The notes: generated by a model not told the origin, from the letters alone. A DNA stretch of 64,000 nt from Planctomycetota bacterium (GCA_038227875.1 JBBRPR010000047.1:1-64000); one strand, 5' to 3'. Shown: positions 1 through 10,185, counted from the first letter of the stretch. Numbers and translations are program-made.

Positions 1-187
1 ACCCTTGTGCTTCGAAAAAGACTGGCCGACGAATTTCGAACTCTATCTCGTCAGCCGCTGCTCTTGCGATCCTTCATCCAACATACCAAGCTTCCACTGC
101 TCCTTTAGGTAGTCTCTTTAGATGTGCGCGGGTCAATAGTATACCATTTATGAAGAGTGATGGCGAATCGGAGCGAGTGCAAACACC

Positions 188-1279
188 CTACACACTGCAT
201 GCGATGGCGATTTTCAGTTCGTCGAGGTCGAAGCCGAGCACCTTCATCAGCTCCGCCATGTCGCTGGCGACCGGCGCGCGCAGGACCAGCGGTTCCTGCG
301 TCGCGGGATGGTTAATCGCGAGCGACTCTGCGTGCAGGCAGCAACGCATCACCAGGCCGTTGTACGCAGCGTGTTCTTTCAATCCGCCATAGAGCGCATC
401 GCCCACAATCGGCAAGCCCAGTGCGGCAACATGGACTCGAATCTGGTGCGTGCGGCCGGTGTGCGGGAAAGCGCGGAGCAGTGTGAATTCGCCGCACGTC
501 GACGTGGCCAGTTTCACGAATCGCGTCTCGGCGGGCTTGGCGCCCAGTCCATCGAGGGCGACTTTATAGCGGTCATTGGGATCCGTGCCGAGCGCGTGGT
601 TCAAGACCGTTTCAGAAAACGAGGCGTTGCCGTGCGAAACGCACAGATACGTTTTGCGCACGATCCGGTTTTCGAATTGCCGCGTGAGCTCGCCATGCGC
701 CTTTGGGCAGAGCGCGTAAATCATGATGCCGCTGGTGTGTTCGTCGAGCCGGTGGATCGTGCCGATGTGAAACGACGGATCGATCGCGCGTTCTTCGCGG
801 AAATGGTGGAGCAGCCCGTTGTACAGCGTCCCGGTTTTGTGTCCGCGCGCCGGATGCACAAGCACGCCCGCCGGCTTGACGACCGCCAGGATCTCCTTGT
901 CCTGGTAGACGATCTCGAACGGAATGTCCTCCGCGACTTTCGCGCCGCCGGGGTAAAGCAACATGGTGATGACTTCGCTTTCCGTCACATGCCAGCTCGA
1001 CTTCGTCGGTTTGCCGTTCAGCAGCACGCGTTCGTCCTTGATCATCTTCTGGAGAAACGAGCGCGAATACCCGGGGAAGCGTTCCTGCAGATACTTGTCG
1101 AGCCGTCGCGGCTTGCCCGGATGGCGCGCGCCGACGGAGAATTCCAACCGGTCGCGTTCGCCTTCTTTCGCGCGCGGAAAGTCGTACTTCGTCTTCATTC
1201 CCGGCGGCTGATACCACGACGGCGCGCCGTCTTTGCCGGTGCGGTACCGTTCCGAAGGAGTGAGATGCGAAGAACCCAT
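188..1279 (-). CDS. RluA/RluD-family RNA pseudouridine synthase with S4 domain
   Basis: S4-like RLDKYL..SRS..QKMI; KPAGVLVHP; catalytic HRLDEHTSG; TGRTHQIRVH; PIVGDALYG; LHA. Confidence 0.95.
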   Translation of the reverse strand: MGSSHLTPSERYRTGKDGAPSWYQPPGMKTKYDFPRAKEGERDRLEFSVGARHPGKPRRLDKYLQERFPGYSRSFLQKMIKDERVLLNGKPTKSSWHVTESEVITMLLYPGGAKVAEDIPFEIVYQDKEILAVVKPAGVLVHPARGHKTGTLYNGLLHHFREERAIDPSFHIGTIHRLDEHTSGIMIYALCPKAHGELTRQFENRIVRKTYLCVSHGNASFSETVLNHALGTDPNDRYKVALDGLGAKPAETRFVKLATSTCGEFTLLRAFPHTGRTHQIRVHVAALGLPIVGDALYGGLKEHAAYNGLVMRCCLHAESLAINHPATQEPLVLRAPVASDMAELMKVLGFDLDELKIAIACSV

Positions 1280-1343
1280 GAACGGAATTTAGCAGAGCGG
1301 GGAGGGAATACCAATCTCGGAGTGGTGGGAAGCGTTTAACGAC

Positions 1344-1450
1344 AGTTTTGAGTTTTGAGTTAGGAGTTTTGAGTTGTGTTCGCCAGACAGAAAAATCCCC
1401 CGCACGCGCGGGGGACTGAACTCAAAACTAAAAATTCAAAACTCAAAACT
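1344..1450. repeat. Inverted pair of AGTTTTG heptamer tandem arms (32 nt each)
   Basis: 1344-1375 agttttgagttttgagttaggagttttgagtt is the reverse complement of 1419-1450 at 28 of 32 positions. Confidence 0.9.
1391..1415 (-). terminator. Intrinsic terminator downstream of the PhyH gene
   Basis: Hairpin TCCCCCGC-acgc-GCGGGGGA followed on the minus strand by TTTTT. Confidence 0.75.
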
Positions 1451-1455
1451 ATCCG

Positions 1456-2283
1456 TTAATGCGGTCCCTTGGCCTGCTCGCCGCACGGTCCGCCGCCGGT
1501 GGCTTCGGCGATGGCGATCTCTTCGCTGGTCTTGAAGCGAATGAGCGGGCGGTACCACGCGCTCACCTCGGTGCTCGTCGCCGGGACGTAATGGGAGATG
1601 AACGAGCGGCGGAAGCGATTCTTGCTCGTGTTGGGGTAGGAGCCGTGAATGATGCTGCCATTGAAGAAGAGCATGTCGCCGGGTTCCATCTCGACCAGCG
1701 TTTCTTTCTTACCTTCCGGAGTCGGCACGTGATCGGTCGACCAGAAGATCTTCAGGTCGGCCTTCTGCGGGCAGGCAATGGGATGATCGTGCGTGCCGGG
1801 GACGACGACCAGTGCGCCGTTCTCTGCATCGCAGCGGTCGACAGCCAGCCACGCGGCGTAACACGTGCCGGGATTGACACGCAGATAATAGTTGTCCTGG
1901 TGAAGCGACTGGCCGCGCGAACCGGCCGGCTTGAAGTAGTACATCGTCTGCGCGAGCACCTGCTCCTCGTTGGTCAGTTCGTTTAGCATCGCGCCAACCT
2001 TCGGCTCAAGACCGAAGCGCAGGGAGAGCGCGCCGATATCCATGGTCGGCTGCTTGTGCGGGTGCATCATGCGGGGGAAATGGTCGAGCGGATCGGCGCT
2101 CTGCTTGTTGGGGCTCCAGAGGCCCGGGACTTCGCCGTCCTTCTCACCGGCTTTCTGGAACGTGTCGCGCAGTTCGGCGATCTGTTCCGGCGTGAACAGG
2201 CCTTTGACGACGAGGTAACCGTTCAAGTTGAAGAAGTCGATCTGTTCTTCGGTCAGCAGGCGGGTCGACGTGGCGAGCATCAT
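1456..2283 (-). CDS. Phytanoyl-CoA dioxygenase (PhyH) family Fe(II)/2OG dioxygenase
   Basis: F..NGYLVVKGLF; LHQDN (HxD); ENGALVVVPGTH; distal HGS and RR. Confidence 0.92.
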   Translation of the reverse strand: MMLATSTRLLTEEQIDFFNLNGYLVVKGLFTPEQIAELRDTFQKAGEKDGEVPGLWSPNKQSADPLDHFPRMMHPHKQPTMDIGALSLRFGLEPKVGAMLNELTNEEQVLAQTMYYFKPAGSRGQSLHQDNYYLRVNPGTCYAAWLAVDRCDAENGALVVVPGTHDHPIACPQKADLKIFWSTDHVPTPEGKKETLVEMEPGDMLFFNGSIIHGSYPNTSKNRFRRSFISHYVPATSTEVSAWYRPLIRFKTSEEIAIAEATGGGPCGEQAKGPH

Positions 2284-2387
2284 GATCTCCAGAAGTGGTC
2301 AGTGGAATCCTGTAACGCGCCTAAACATACCTTCGGTGCGGTAAATTAGGAATAGCGCCGCTTGCTAATAACCTATAATATTCTGCT

Positions 2388-3242
2388 ATGCCTAAGCCTG
2401 ATCAAATGCCTCCGGCGCAGCGAGAACAGACCCCGCACTTCGACTACGCGGAGATTGTCACAGGGCATTTTCACGAGCGGACCGGCTATAACGCCGTTCG
2501 AGATCATGGCACCGACGACTTTCTGCTGATCTATACTGTCAGTGGGCGCGGCCGTTTTGGTTACAAGACGGGAGAACAACTGGCGTATCCCGGCGACATG
2601 ATGATTCTGCGCCCGAACACCTTTCACGACTATGGCGTTGAGCCGGAACTCCAGCGCTGGGAGTTGCTGTGGACGCACTTCCTGCCGCGCGCGCACTGGC
2701 ACACGTGGCTCAACTGGCCGGAATTCGCGCCCGGGGCGATGCAGATCAAGATTAACGATCCTGCTGTGCGCCGCCGGATCACCACCCGTTTGAAGGACAT
2801 GAACCGTCTGGCCACCGGGCCTTCCCGCGCACGCGGCCACTTTGCCATGAACGCGCTGGAGGAAGTGCTGCTGTTGTGCGACACGCAGAATCCGCTCAGC
2901 CAGCATTCACGTCTCGACCCGCGCATGCAGGCGGTGATCGACTACATCTGTCAGAACCTCTCGGCGAAGCTTCCGCTGGAAAAGCTCGCCGAGGTCAGCG
3001 GTCTGTCCGTCTCGCGGATGGCGCATCTCTTCCGCGCTCAAGTTGGCGCGACGCCGCAGCGCTTTCTGGAGCAGCAACGCCTCGACCGCGCGATGCAGTT
3101 GCTGGTCTTCACGCAGCATTCGATCAAGGCGATCGCCTACGACCTGGGCTTCGACAGCCCATTCTACTTTACGCTCCGCTTCAAACGGCACACGGGTTAT
3201 AGTCCGAGACGGTATCGGCAAGTGCGGTTGGCGAAGAAATAG
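2388..3242 (+). CDS. AraC-family transcriptional regulator, divergent from the PhyH gene
   Basis: N-terminal cupin-like sensing domain; LSVSRMAHLFR; IAYDLGFDSPFYFTLRFKRHTGYSP. Confidence 0.95.
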   Translation: MPKPDQMPPAQREQTPHFDYAEIVTGHFHERTGYNAVRDHGTDDFLLIYTVSGRGRFGYKTGEQLAYPGDMMILRPNTFHDYGVEPELQRWELLWTHFLPRAHWHTWLNWPEFAPGAMQIKINDPAVRRRITTRLKDMNRLATGPSRARGHFAMNALEEVLLLCDTQNPLSQHSRLDPRMQAVIDYICQNLSAKLPLEKLAEVSGLSVSRMAHLFRAQVGATPQRFLEQQRLDRAMQLLVFTQHSIKAIAYDLGFDSPFYFTLRFKRHTGYSPRRYRQVRLAKK

Positions 3243-3248
3243 CGAGGC
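3166..3248 (+). repeat. 83-bp direct repeat copy 1 (3' end of araC)
   Basis: Matches 4626-4708 with one mismatch (3221 A vs 4681 C). Confidence 0.95.
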
Positions 3249-3262
3249 AAACGTCTCTATTC

Positions 3263-4603
3263 ATGGCCGGCACGCCTCAACTCCGTAACGCATTTATCAT
3301 GCAGGGACTGACCTGTGCGCTCCTCATTGGCGCAGGAGTGACCTACTACTTTCTGGGAAAGTCCGACGACACCGCGTACACGTTTGTCGGAGTCGGCGGC
3401 ATCACGGCGCTGGTACTGTGCCTCTGGTCGCTGATCGTATCCATTCGCGCGGCCCGAAGCGGCGCGCGCTGGCGCTGGGCGGCGGTCATCTGGCTACTCG
3501 TGGGTATCGAGCTGGTTTCTCCGTCCGCTTACTACTGGTACAAGACAGAAGGAATTGAAGGGGAATCGTTCTACCTTTCCATACTCTTCGCCGTCGCACT
3601 GCCGTGGCTGCTCGTGACCGGAATGTACGCGGGGCTGGGTGCGATCCTGATTCGAAAACTTAAACGCGTTAAAATTGCGCTGCTGATAACACTCCTCCTT
3701 TATCTGCCGGTGGTGCTGATCATTGTTCCCGCGGCCGTATTCATGATCGCCGCGCTGAGCAGAAATTTCTATCAGCGCGAGAGTCCTGCACAGGCAGTGA
3801 TCCACGCCACGCCGCTGGTTTTTCGAGACAACCTCGATCGCGCGCTGGCCGTAACTGGATCGGGAAAGTTGTTTGAATTGCATTTGCTCCTTTGCAGAGA
3901 GGGACTGTTATCACGAACACGCTCCTTGGAAATTCTGGACAGCCCTGACGCAGATTCCATCTGGCTTGGTTTGGAGGTCTACGAACCCGCGATGGGTCGG
4001 TCCATCGCGATGGACCTGGCCCATGGGAAACTTCCGCATACGCAATTCATGAATGCGGTCGATCGACATATGGGCTCTAGCATTGTTCGTGGTGGACGCC
4101 GCGATGAAGTAATCGAACTCTTTAAACAATTGCCAACAGTCCCGGCGGGCATGCGACTTTCAATGGTGCAGGGTCTTTATTTTGATTACAGGCTTGCGAA
4201 TGAAATCGTTTTGCATCGAATCTACACCACTCCGGATATGTTGCGCGCTTTTCATGGCACCATGCTATGGACATTGAAATGGGTGGGTGAGACCTCTCTT
4301 GCACCAGAAATTGTATCGAACTGGGCCGCAACAAAGACTCCGGAAGAGATTCAAAAGGACGTTCATTTCAACGCAATCATCAAGACGTGCCGTGAAAGTC
4401 AAAATCCAGTCGTGCGCCGCGTTGCGGTCACCGCGCTTGCCGACATCTTGAACCTCGAACTCCACCACGTCCCCTTCGCCGATGCGGGTACGAAAGACGG
4501 CAAGCCCGTGCCGGTCTCGCTCGATGAATCCGAAGAGATCGTTTCGGTTTGCAACGCGGCGGAAGCAGCAGCCGCGAAGATTTCCGTGAGCACCAAGCCC
4601 TGA
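3263..4603 (+). CDS. Hypothetical membrane protein, paralog 1 (about 5 TM plus helical domain)
   Basis: 446 aa; hydrophobic N-terminal half; shares LRNA.I.QG start and LAD.LNLELHHVPFADA C-terminus with the next ORF. Confidence 0.8.
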   Translation: MAGTPQLRNAFIMQGLTCALLIGAGVTYYFLGKSDDTAYTFVGVGGITALVLCLWSLIVSIRAARSGARWRWAAVIWLLVGIELVSPSAYYWYKTEGIEGESFYLSILFAVALPWLLVTGMYAGLGAILIRKLKRVKIALLITLLLYLPVVLIIVPAAVFMIAALSRNFYQRESPAQAVIHATPLVFRDNLDRALAVTGSGKLFELHLLLCREGLLSRTRSLEILDSPDADSIWLGLEVYEPAMGRSIAMDLAHGKLPHTQFMNAVDRHMGSSIVRGGRRDEVIELFKQLPTVPAGMRLSMVQGLYFDYRLANEIVLHRIYTTPDMLRAFHGTMLWTLKWVGETSLAPEIVSNWAATKTPEEIQKDVHFNAIIKTCRESQNPVVRRVAVTALADILNLELHHVPFADAGTKDGKPVPVSLDESEEIVSVCNAAEAAAAKISVSTKP

Positions 4604-4625
4604 CGCATGATCATCTCCTGCTGTC

Positions 4626-4708
4626 ACTTTACGCTCCGCTTCAAACGGCACACGGGTTATAGTCCGAGACGGTATCGGCACGTGCGGTTGGCGAAGAAAT
4701 AGCGAGGC
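4626..4708 (+). repeat. 83-bp direct repeat copy 2 (orphan araC 3' fragment)
   Basis: Near-identical to 3166-3248; encodes FTLRFKRHTGYSPRRYRHVRLAKK*. Confidence 0.95.
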
Positions 4709-4719
4709 CGTGTTATTGC

Positions 4720-6084
4720 ATGCGTGGAAATCCCAATCTGCGAAACGCCATCATCGCGCAAGGAATTGCGCTGGCCATTGCAGGCGCAGCCGCGATCGCA
4801 CTTGCGCTTCACGGCGAAAGCAACCTCACCGTTTTCACATTTGTCGCTCTCGGCAGCGTGGTGGCGCTCGTGCTGAACGTCTGGTCTTTCGTATTCTCGA
4901 TCCGCGCCTTTCGCGCGGGAGCAACGTGGGGCTGGACCGCGGTGGTCTGGGCTCTCGTTGAAATCGAGTTGCTGGCTCCGGCTGACGTGTATTGGCTGCA
5001 TATGGCGAACACCCGCAGCAATGCTCTCGGCTTTTCGATTTTTATTGCCGTCGGATTGCCGGTCCTGGCGGTCACCGCTTGTTTCGTTCTGGCTGTGGTG
5101 CTGGCTCTACGTCGTTGGAAGCGGCCGCGCCTGATCGCGGTGAGCGCGGGACTGCTCTACACAGCCCTGATTCTCACGGTTGCGCCGGCCGCGATCTATG
5201 TGACGGCGGTGGCCGTCGACCGGACAAATATGGTGGCGTATGAAAAATCACACGAGAATAGAATTGTTGCCGCGACTCCCGTTTTCTTCCGTGACGGCGT
5301 GGACCGTTTTCTGGCCAAAAGCAATCATGGTGTTCTTCACTTGTTTCACCTTATCCTCTGCGAACGGGGCCTGCTTTCACTGGATCGAACTATCGAAAAT
5401 CTCGGCAAAATTGGTTCAGTCTCGAATGCGACGTGGGACGGACTGGAGCAGTACCGGTTCGAAATGGCATTGCAAATTTCAACGGACATAGCGACGGGAA
5501 AGTCTAAAACACCCGGGGCACAATTAATCTATGATTCCATGGGAGCACTGCTTGCTACGGAAGGATCTGACGATCAGGTCAAGGCCGTGTTCCTGCAACT
5601 TAAGGATACTCCGAAATCTCTCCGCGGCTCGTTTATCGCCTACATAAAGAACCGTCCTCATGTTGAAGACTTTGAATATCTAGCAGTGCATCGTCAGTGC
5701 ACGGAATTCGATTTTCTCGCGGTAGTAGCCGATGCTTTGCCGCAAAATCATCTCAGCGCGCTGGGATTGAATTCGCAAATTGTGGCTCCCATTTACAGCG
5801 ATTGGGCCTACATGAAAAACAACCCCGGTGAACAGCGTGGCAGAATCCTGGGCTCCATGTCGAAAAGCTGCATCGCCGAAACCAAGCCGCAAATCCGGCG
5901 GCTCTATGCCACGGCTTTGGCAGACGTATTGAACCTCGAACTCCACCACGTCCCCTTCGCCGATGCGCTGACCAAAGAAGGCAAGCCCGTGCCGGTCACG
6001 CTCGATGAATCCGAAGAGATCGTTTCGGTCTGCAATCAAGCGGAAGCCGAGGCCGTAAAAAGTTCTGAGCGTACCAAGCCCTGA
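4720..6084 (+). CDS. Hypothetical membrane protein, paralog 2
   Basis: 454 aa; collinear similarity with 3263-4603. Confidence 0.8.
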   Translation: MRGNPNLRNAIIAQGIALAIAGAAAIALALHGESNLTVFTFVALGSVVALVLNVWSFVFSIRAFRAGATWGWTAVVWALVEIELLAPADVYWLHMANTRSNALGFSIFIAVGLPVLAVTACFVLAVVLALRRWKRPRLIAVSAGLLYTALILTVAPAAIYVTAVAVDRTNMVAYEKSHENRIVAATPVFFRDGVDRFLAKSNHGVLHLFHLILCERGLLSLDRTIENLGKIGSVSNATWDGLEQYRFEMALQISTDIATGKSKTPGAQLIYDSMGALLATEGSDDQVKAVFLQLKDTPKSLRGSFIAYIKNRPHVEDFEYLAVHRQCTEFDFLAVVADALPQNHLSALGLNSQIVAPIYSDWAYMKNNPGEQRGRILGSMSKSCIAETKPQIRRLYATALADVLNLELHHVPFADALTKEGKPVPVTLDESEEIVSVCNQAEAEAVKSSERTKP

Positions 6085-6096
6085 CGCGAGGTCTGC

Positions 6097-8268
6097 ATGT
6101 CCGGTCCGGCTTCGATCAGGAACGCTTACATCGCCCAGGGTGCCGCGCTGGCAGCTTTGGGGGTTGCGTTCGTGCTCGATCACCTCGCGAGCCGCGCGGG
6201 CGATCTCTTTTTCTTTCAAGCGCCTGCGGCGGCGGCAGCGATGGTGCTGTGCCTCTGGTCGCTGAAACTTTCGATCACCGCCGCGCTGACCCAGCCGTGG
6301 CGGCATCCCATCGTGATCTGGATTCTCGTCGCGCTGGAATTGAACGCTCCGGCGGTGTGGATCTGGAGCATGCTGCTGCATTCCCGTAACTTCGCGCTCG
6401 GCGTGTGGGTTCAAAATATTTGTGGCGTCGGGCTGCCGGGATGGGCGCCCGTGTTTACGCTGGCTGGCATTCTCATTGTACTGCTGCTGAAATTCCGCGC
6501 GCGCTTGCGGCATCCCAAGTTGCTGGCGGCGGTGGTGCTGGCGCCGCTGATCGGATTCGTGTTGCCGTGCTTGCTGTACCTGTTGAGTGTTTTGACGTGG
6601 GACAATTCGACCTCGTTGCCGCAGGAATTGATCGTTAAATACACGTTCGATTGCTACAAAACGTCGGTCGACCGGTTTGCGGCGTTCGCGCAGCCCTCGA
6701 ACTTCTGCCATGAGCAACTGTGCGCAAACGGCGCGCTGCCGGTGGAACGGCTGGAAGAGGTAATACTCACCGATCCCTTCTATTATCCGGCACTGCAGGC
6801 TTGGTGGTATTTGCGGAGTCACGAGCCGCGCGATGCGGCGTCGCTCTGCGTTGATTTCGCGCTGGGGCGCGTCGTTCGGCTTGATAGCAATGCGCCTGCG
6901 TCCGAGATGGGAAGATTCCTGGCACTCGAGGGAAATGACGCGGAACTGCGCGTCGTAGTCCGCGAACTGGAACGCTGCACGCCCGTCTTCCGTCAGTATT
7001 TCCTGGCTGCAATCGGGACGCGGTCGTCGGCTGTGGCTCTCCTTAAGAATGAGGTGTTCGACCATTCGCGATTCGACCGGGATGTAATCGATGCTCTGGC
7101 GGGGCGCGTTCAGCACGACGGCGATTTGCCCTATTCTTACGATCTCGTTTCCGGTGGCTTTGTGGCGTGGGCAGACTTGCTCGACGCCAAGGACGACACC
7201 GATCGCGTGCCGCCGCTCTATTCGCTCTACACGGATAGTTCCAGCACAGAGGTGGGGACGCGAAGGTTGGCGCTGTTCGTGCTGGGCGTGACGCAGAAGT
7301 TTCCGCGCAGCCATACTCCCTTGCCCAACGATCCCGTGCCGGCAACTCAGGCGGAACTCGACGAAGCCGCGCAGTCGCGCCAGTTGATTCTCAACCGCGT
7401 GACCGGGCCGCTGTTGCTCAAGGCCCTGGCCGGCCGGACGGACGTGTCGAACCTCGCGTGGCGCTGGCTGACCGAAAGTTATCCGGAGCATGCTGTCGCG
7501 GTGGCGAAGCAGATCGGCGATGGCTCAGTGCGTTTCCGGCCGCAGCTCGATGCGCTGGCCGGCGATTACATGGGCCAGCACGGTCCCGCCGACGAGATCC
7601 GCGTGCTGCTGGCGAAATCCAAGAGTCTCACCTTTGCGTACCTGACGAATATGCTGCACGCGATTGGCACGGCGCACCGGCATGAATTGTTGCCGGACCT
7701 CGAGACGCTATCGCATACGGCGTCGTACCTCGGCAACGACATCCTGATTCCGCTGTACGGCGTCTACGACACGGAAGAGGCTGGCCAGCACTTTCGCATG
7801 CTGTTGAACGGCGACACCGAGCAGAAGTTGCGCTGCGCGCGCGGCTATGTTCACATCGCGGACCCGGCATTGCGGTTGTCATTCGCGCAGCAGCTCAGCG
7901 AGCATCCGGATGTTCGCGTGCGGCGCACGGCGTGGGTGAGTCTCGTGAATGTGTTGCATCCGGCCGAACTTTCCAAGCCGCAACCGGTCTTGCCGTGGAT
8001 CAAGTTCCTGCTGAGTCTACTGTCGAATGGCGACATCGTCGCGCGCCGCTGCGCGGTTCGTGCTCTCGGACGTGTGTTCGAAATCAGACCCGAACACACG
8101 CGCGATCCGCGAGCGGCGCACCCGGTCACGTCGCAAGAGGACGTCCTCGTCGGCGACGACCCGCTGCCCGAGCAGCAAGGGGAGCACGACGATCTGGAAG
8201 CCGTGCGGCTTGAAGCGCAGCATTGGATTCAGAAAGTTGAACCAGAAGCGCACGCGACGCAACCTTGA
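6097..8268 (+). CDS. Hypothetical membrane protein, paralog 3, with duplicated helical/HEAT-like domain
   Basis: IRNAYIAQG start as in paralogs 1 and 2; HEAT-like HPDVRVRRTA and GDIVARRCAVRALG. Confidence 0.8.
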   Translation: MSGPASIRNAYIAQGAALAALGVAFVLDHLASRAGDLFFFQAPAAAAAMVLCLWSLKLSITAALTQPWRHPIVIWILVALELNAPAVWIWSMLLHSRNFALGVWVQNICGVGLPGWAPVFTLAGILIVLLLKFRARLRHPKLLAAVVLAPLIGFVLPCLLYLLSVLTWDNSTSLPQELIVKYTFDCYKTSVDRFAAFAQPSNFCHEQLCANGALPVERLEEVILTDPFYYPALQAWWYLRSHEPRDAASLCVDFALGRVVRLDSNAPASEMGRFLALEGNDAELRVVVRELERCTPVFRQYFLAAIGTRSSAVALLKNEVFDHSRFDRDVIDALAGRVQHDGDLPYSYDLVSGGFVAWADLLDAKDDTDRVPPLYSLYTDSSSTEVGTRRLALFVLGVTQKFPRSHTPLPNDPVPATQAELDEAAQSRQLILNRVTGPLLLKALAGRTDVSNLAWRWLTESYPEHAVAVAKQIGDGSVRFRPQLDALAGDYMGQHGPADEIRVLLAKSKSLTFAYLTNMLHAIGTAHRHELLPDLETLSHTASYLGNDILIPLYGVYDTEEAGQHFRMLLNGDTEQKLRCARGYVHIADPALRLSFAQQLSEHPDVRVRRTAWVSLVNVLHPAELSKPQPVLPWIKFLLSLLSNGDIVARRCAVRALGRVFEIRPEHTRDPRAAHPVTSQEDVLVGDDPLPEQQGEHDDLEAVRLEAQHWIQKVEPEAHATQP

Positions 8269-8275
8269 ATAGCGT

Positions 8276-9244
8276 TTAGTCCGCCGCGACAGTTTCCTCC
8301 TGTCGCGGGTAGAGCGCGTGCAGCACCCGCTGCAACTTCTCGTCGCGCTCGACTTCCAACTCCTGCTGCGTGCGGCCGTTCAGGCTCTCCTTCATCTGGC
8401 GGAGGACTTCGTCGCGCGCGGCAGGTGGGATCGTCGTCCACTGCGCCATGTCCTTGAGCCAGTTTTCGATCTGCGGGCCGAAGTGCTCGAAGAATCCGGC
8501 GTAGCCGCGCGGGCCACCGTTGAGGTGGTAGATCATGTGCTGCCCCATCGACGACCAGCGCAAACCCGGGCCGGCGTAGAGCGCCTTGTCGACGTCTTCA
8601 ATGCTGGCCGCGCCGTTGGCGACAATGTCGATCGCTTCGCGCCAGACAGCGACGGCGAGCCGGTTGGCGATGTGGCCGGGGATCTCCTTGCGCAGGACGA
8701 TCGGGATCTTGCCCATCGCGACGTAGAATTCGTCGGTGGCGCGGAGTACGTTCTCGTCGGTCTTCGAGCCGGGGACGAGTTCGACCAGCGGAATGAGATG
8801 TGGCGGGTTGAACGGATGCGCGATCAGGAAGCGTTCGGGATGTTTGAGACCGGCCTGCATTTGATTGGCGAGTAGCCCCGATGAGCTCGACGCAATGATT
8901 GCGTCTGATGGTGCGAACGATTCGATCAGCTCGTGTGCGGTGCGCTTGATGGGATAGCGCTCCAACACCGATTCCTGAATGAAGTCGACCCCGGCAAGGC
9001 ACTCCGCCGGATTCAGTATTGCCTGGATGCGGCCGCGCGCGGTGGCGAGCTCATCGGCACCGGCGTCGCGGGATTCGAGCAGGCGCTCGAGCGTGGTGAG
9101 CGCGTTGGCGTGTCCGGCAGCGAGTGCCGCTGGGTTCACGTCGTACATGCGGACATTCAGTCCTCGCGAGGCGAACAGCACGGCCCAACTTGATCCGATC
9201 GTGCCGGTGCCGACGATGGCTACAGTTTCAAGTTTGCGTTTCAT
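8276..9244 (-). CDS. 3-hydroxyacyl-CoA dehydrogenase family (L-carnitine/L-gulonate dehydrogenase-like)
   Basis: Start reassigned to MKRKLETVAIVGTGTIG (ATGA overlap with upstream gene); ASSSSG; HPFNPPHLIPLVE; GHIANRL; GPGLRW. Confidence 0.92.
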   Translation of the reverse strand: MKRKLETVAIVGTGTIGSSWAVLFASRGLNVRMYDVNPAALAAGHANALTTLERLLESRDAGADELATARGRIQAILNPAECLAGVDFIQESVLERYPIKRTAHELIESFAPSDAIIASSSSGLLANQMQAGLKHPERFLIAHPFNPPHLIPLVELVPGSKTDENVLRATDEFYVAMGKIPIVLRKEIPGHIANRLAVAVWREAIDIVANGAASIEDVDKALYAGPGLRWSSMGQHMIYHLNGGPRGYAGFFEHFGPQIENWLKDMAQWTTIPPAARDEVLRQMKESLNGRTQQELEVERDEKLQRVLHALYPRQEETVAAD

Positions 9245-10185
9245 GCGAGCACAGTCTCCTGTTTTCCCTTGAGTTGAAGCATGGCGCGAACATCCGTTGG
9301 TGTGGCGATCTTTAGCGACAGACCTTCCAGCACGTTGCGGATCGCGCGGACTTGTTCGGCGTTGGACACGGCCAACTGACCTTTCTTGATGTAGAGATTG
9401 TCTTCCAGACCCACGCGGACGTGGCCGCCGAGCGTCGCGGAGAGCGTGGCGAGATTCATCTGGTGGCGGCCGGCGCCGAGCACGGAGAATTCGAACGTAT
9501 TGCCCAGCAGCCGGCGCGCGGTCTGGTGGAGGAAGACCAGGTTTTCCGGTTCCGCGCCGATGCCGCCGAGGATCCCCATCACGAATTGGATGAAGAGCGG
9601 CGGCTTGACCAGCTTGCGTTCCAGAAAGTGGGCGAGCGTGTAGAGGTGGCCGACGTCGTAGCATTCGAATTCGAAGCGCGCTCCGGCGCCAGCCTCGCCG
9701 GGGCCCATTTCTTTGAGGATCGATTCGATGTCCGCGAAGGTGTTGCGAAAGATGAAGTCGCGGCTGCCTTCGAGGTACTCCGGTTCCCAGCGGTGCTGCC
9801 ATTCTGAATGTTTGCGCAGCATCGGGTAGAGGCCGAAGTTCATCGAGCCCATGTTGAGCGAGCACATTTCCGGCTGAAGCTGGAGCGGCCCGCGCAGCCG
9901 GTCGCGCACGGTCATGTTCGGCGCGCCGCCGGTGGTCAGGTTGAGGACGGCGTCGGTCTTCGCGGCGACTTCCGGAAGGTAGCGCAGGTAGTCTTCCGGA
10001 TCGGGCGAGGGCCGGCCGTTCTCCGGATTGCGCGCGTGAAGGTGGAGGATTGCGGCGCCGGCTTCCGCGGCGGCGATCGCTTCGCGCGCGATCTGTTCAG
10101 GCGTGACCGGGAGATACGGCGACATGGTCGGCGTGTGGATCGAGCCGGTGATTGCGCAGGTGATGATGACTTTTCGGTCGGCCAT
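9241..10185 (-). CDS. Beta-keto acid cleavage enzyme (BKACE/DUF849, Kce family)
   Basis: IITCAITG; LPVTPEQIA; AGAAILHLHAR; SLNMGSMN; GGHVRVGLEDN. Confidence 0.95.
   Translation of the reverse strand: MADRKVIITCAITGSIHTPTMSPYLPVTPEQIAREAIAAAEAGAAILHLHARNPENGRPSPDPEDYLRYLPEVAAKTDAVLNLTTGGAPNMTVRDRLRGPLQLQPEMCSLNMGSMNFGLYPMLRKHSEWQHRWEPEYLEGSRDFIFRNTFADIESILKEMGPGEAGAGARFEFECYDVGHLYTLAHFLERKLVKPPLFIQFVMGILGGIGAEPENLVFLHQTARRLLGNTFEFSVLGAGRHQMNLATLSATLGGHVRVGLEDNLYIKKGQLAVSNAEQVRAIRNVLEGLSLKIATPTDVRAMLQLKGKQETVLA

Noticed and set aside
1..187. Possible partial gene at the left edge
   Set aside because: The minus-strand starts examined hit stops quickly and nothing is recognisable
3166..6087. 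Diversity-generating retroelement TR/VR pair
   Set aside because: No reverse transcriptase in the window, and differences between copies are not adenine-specific overall
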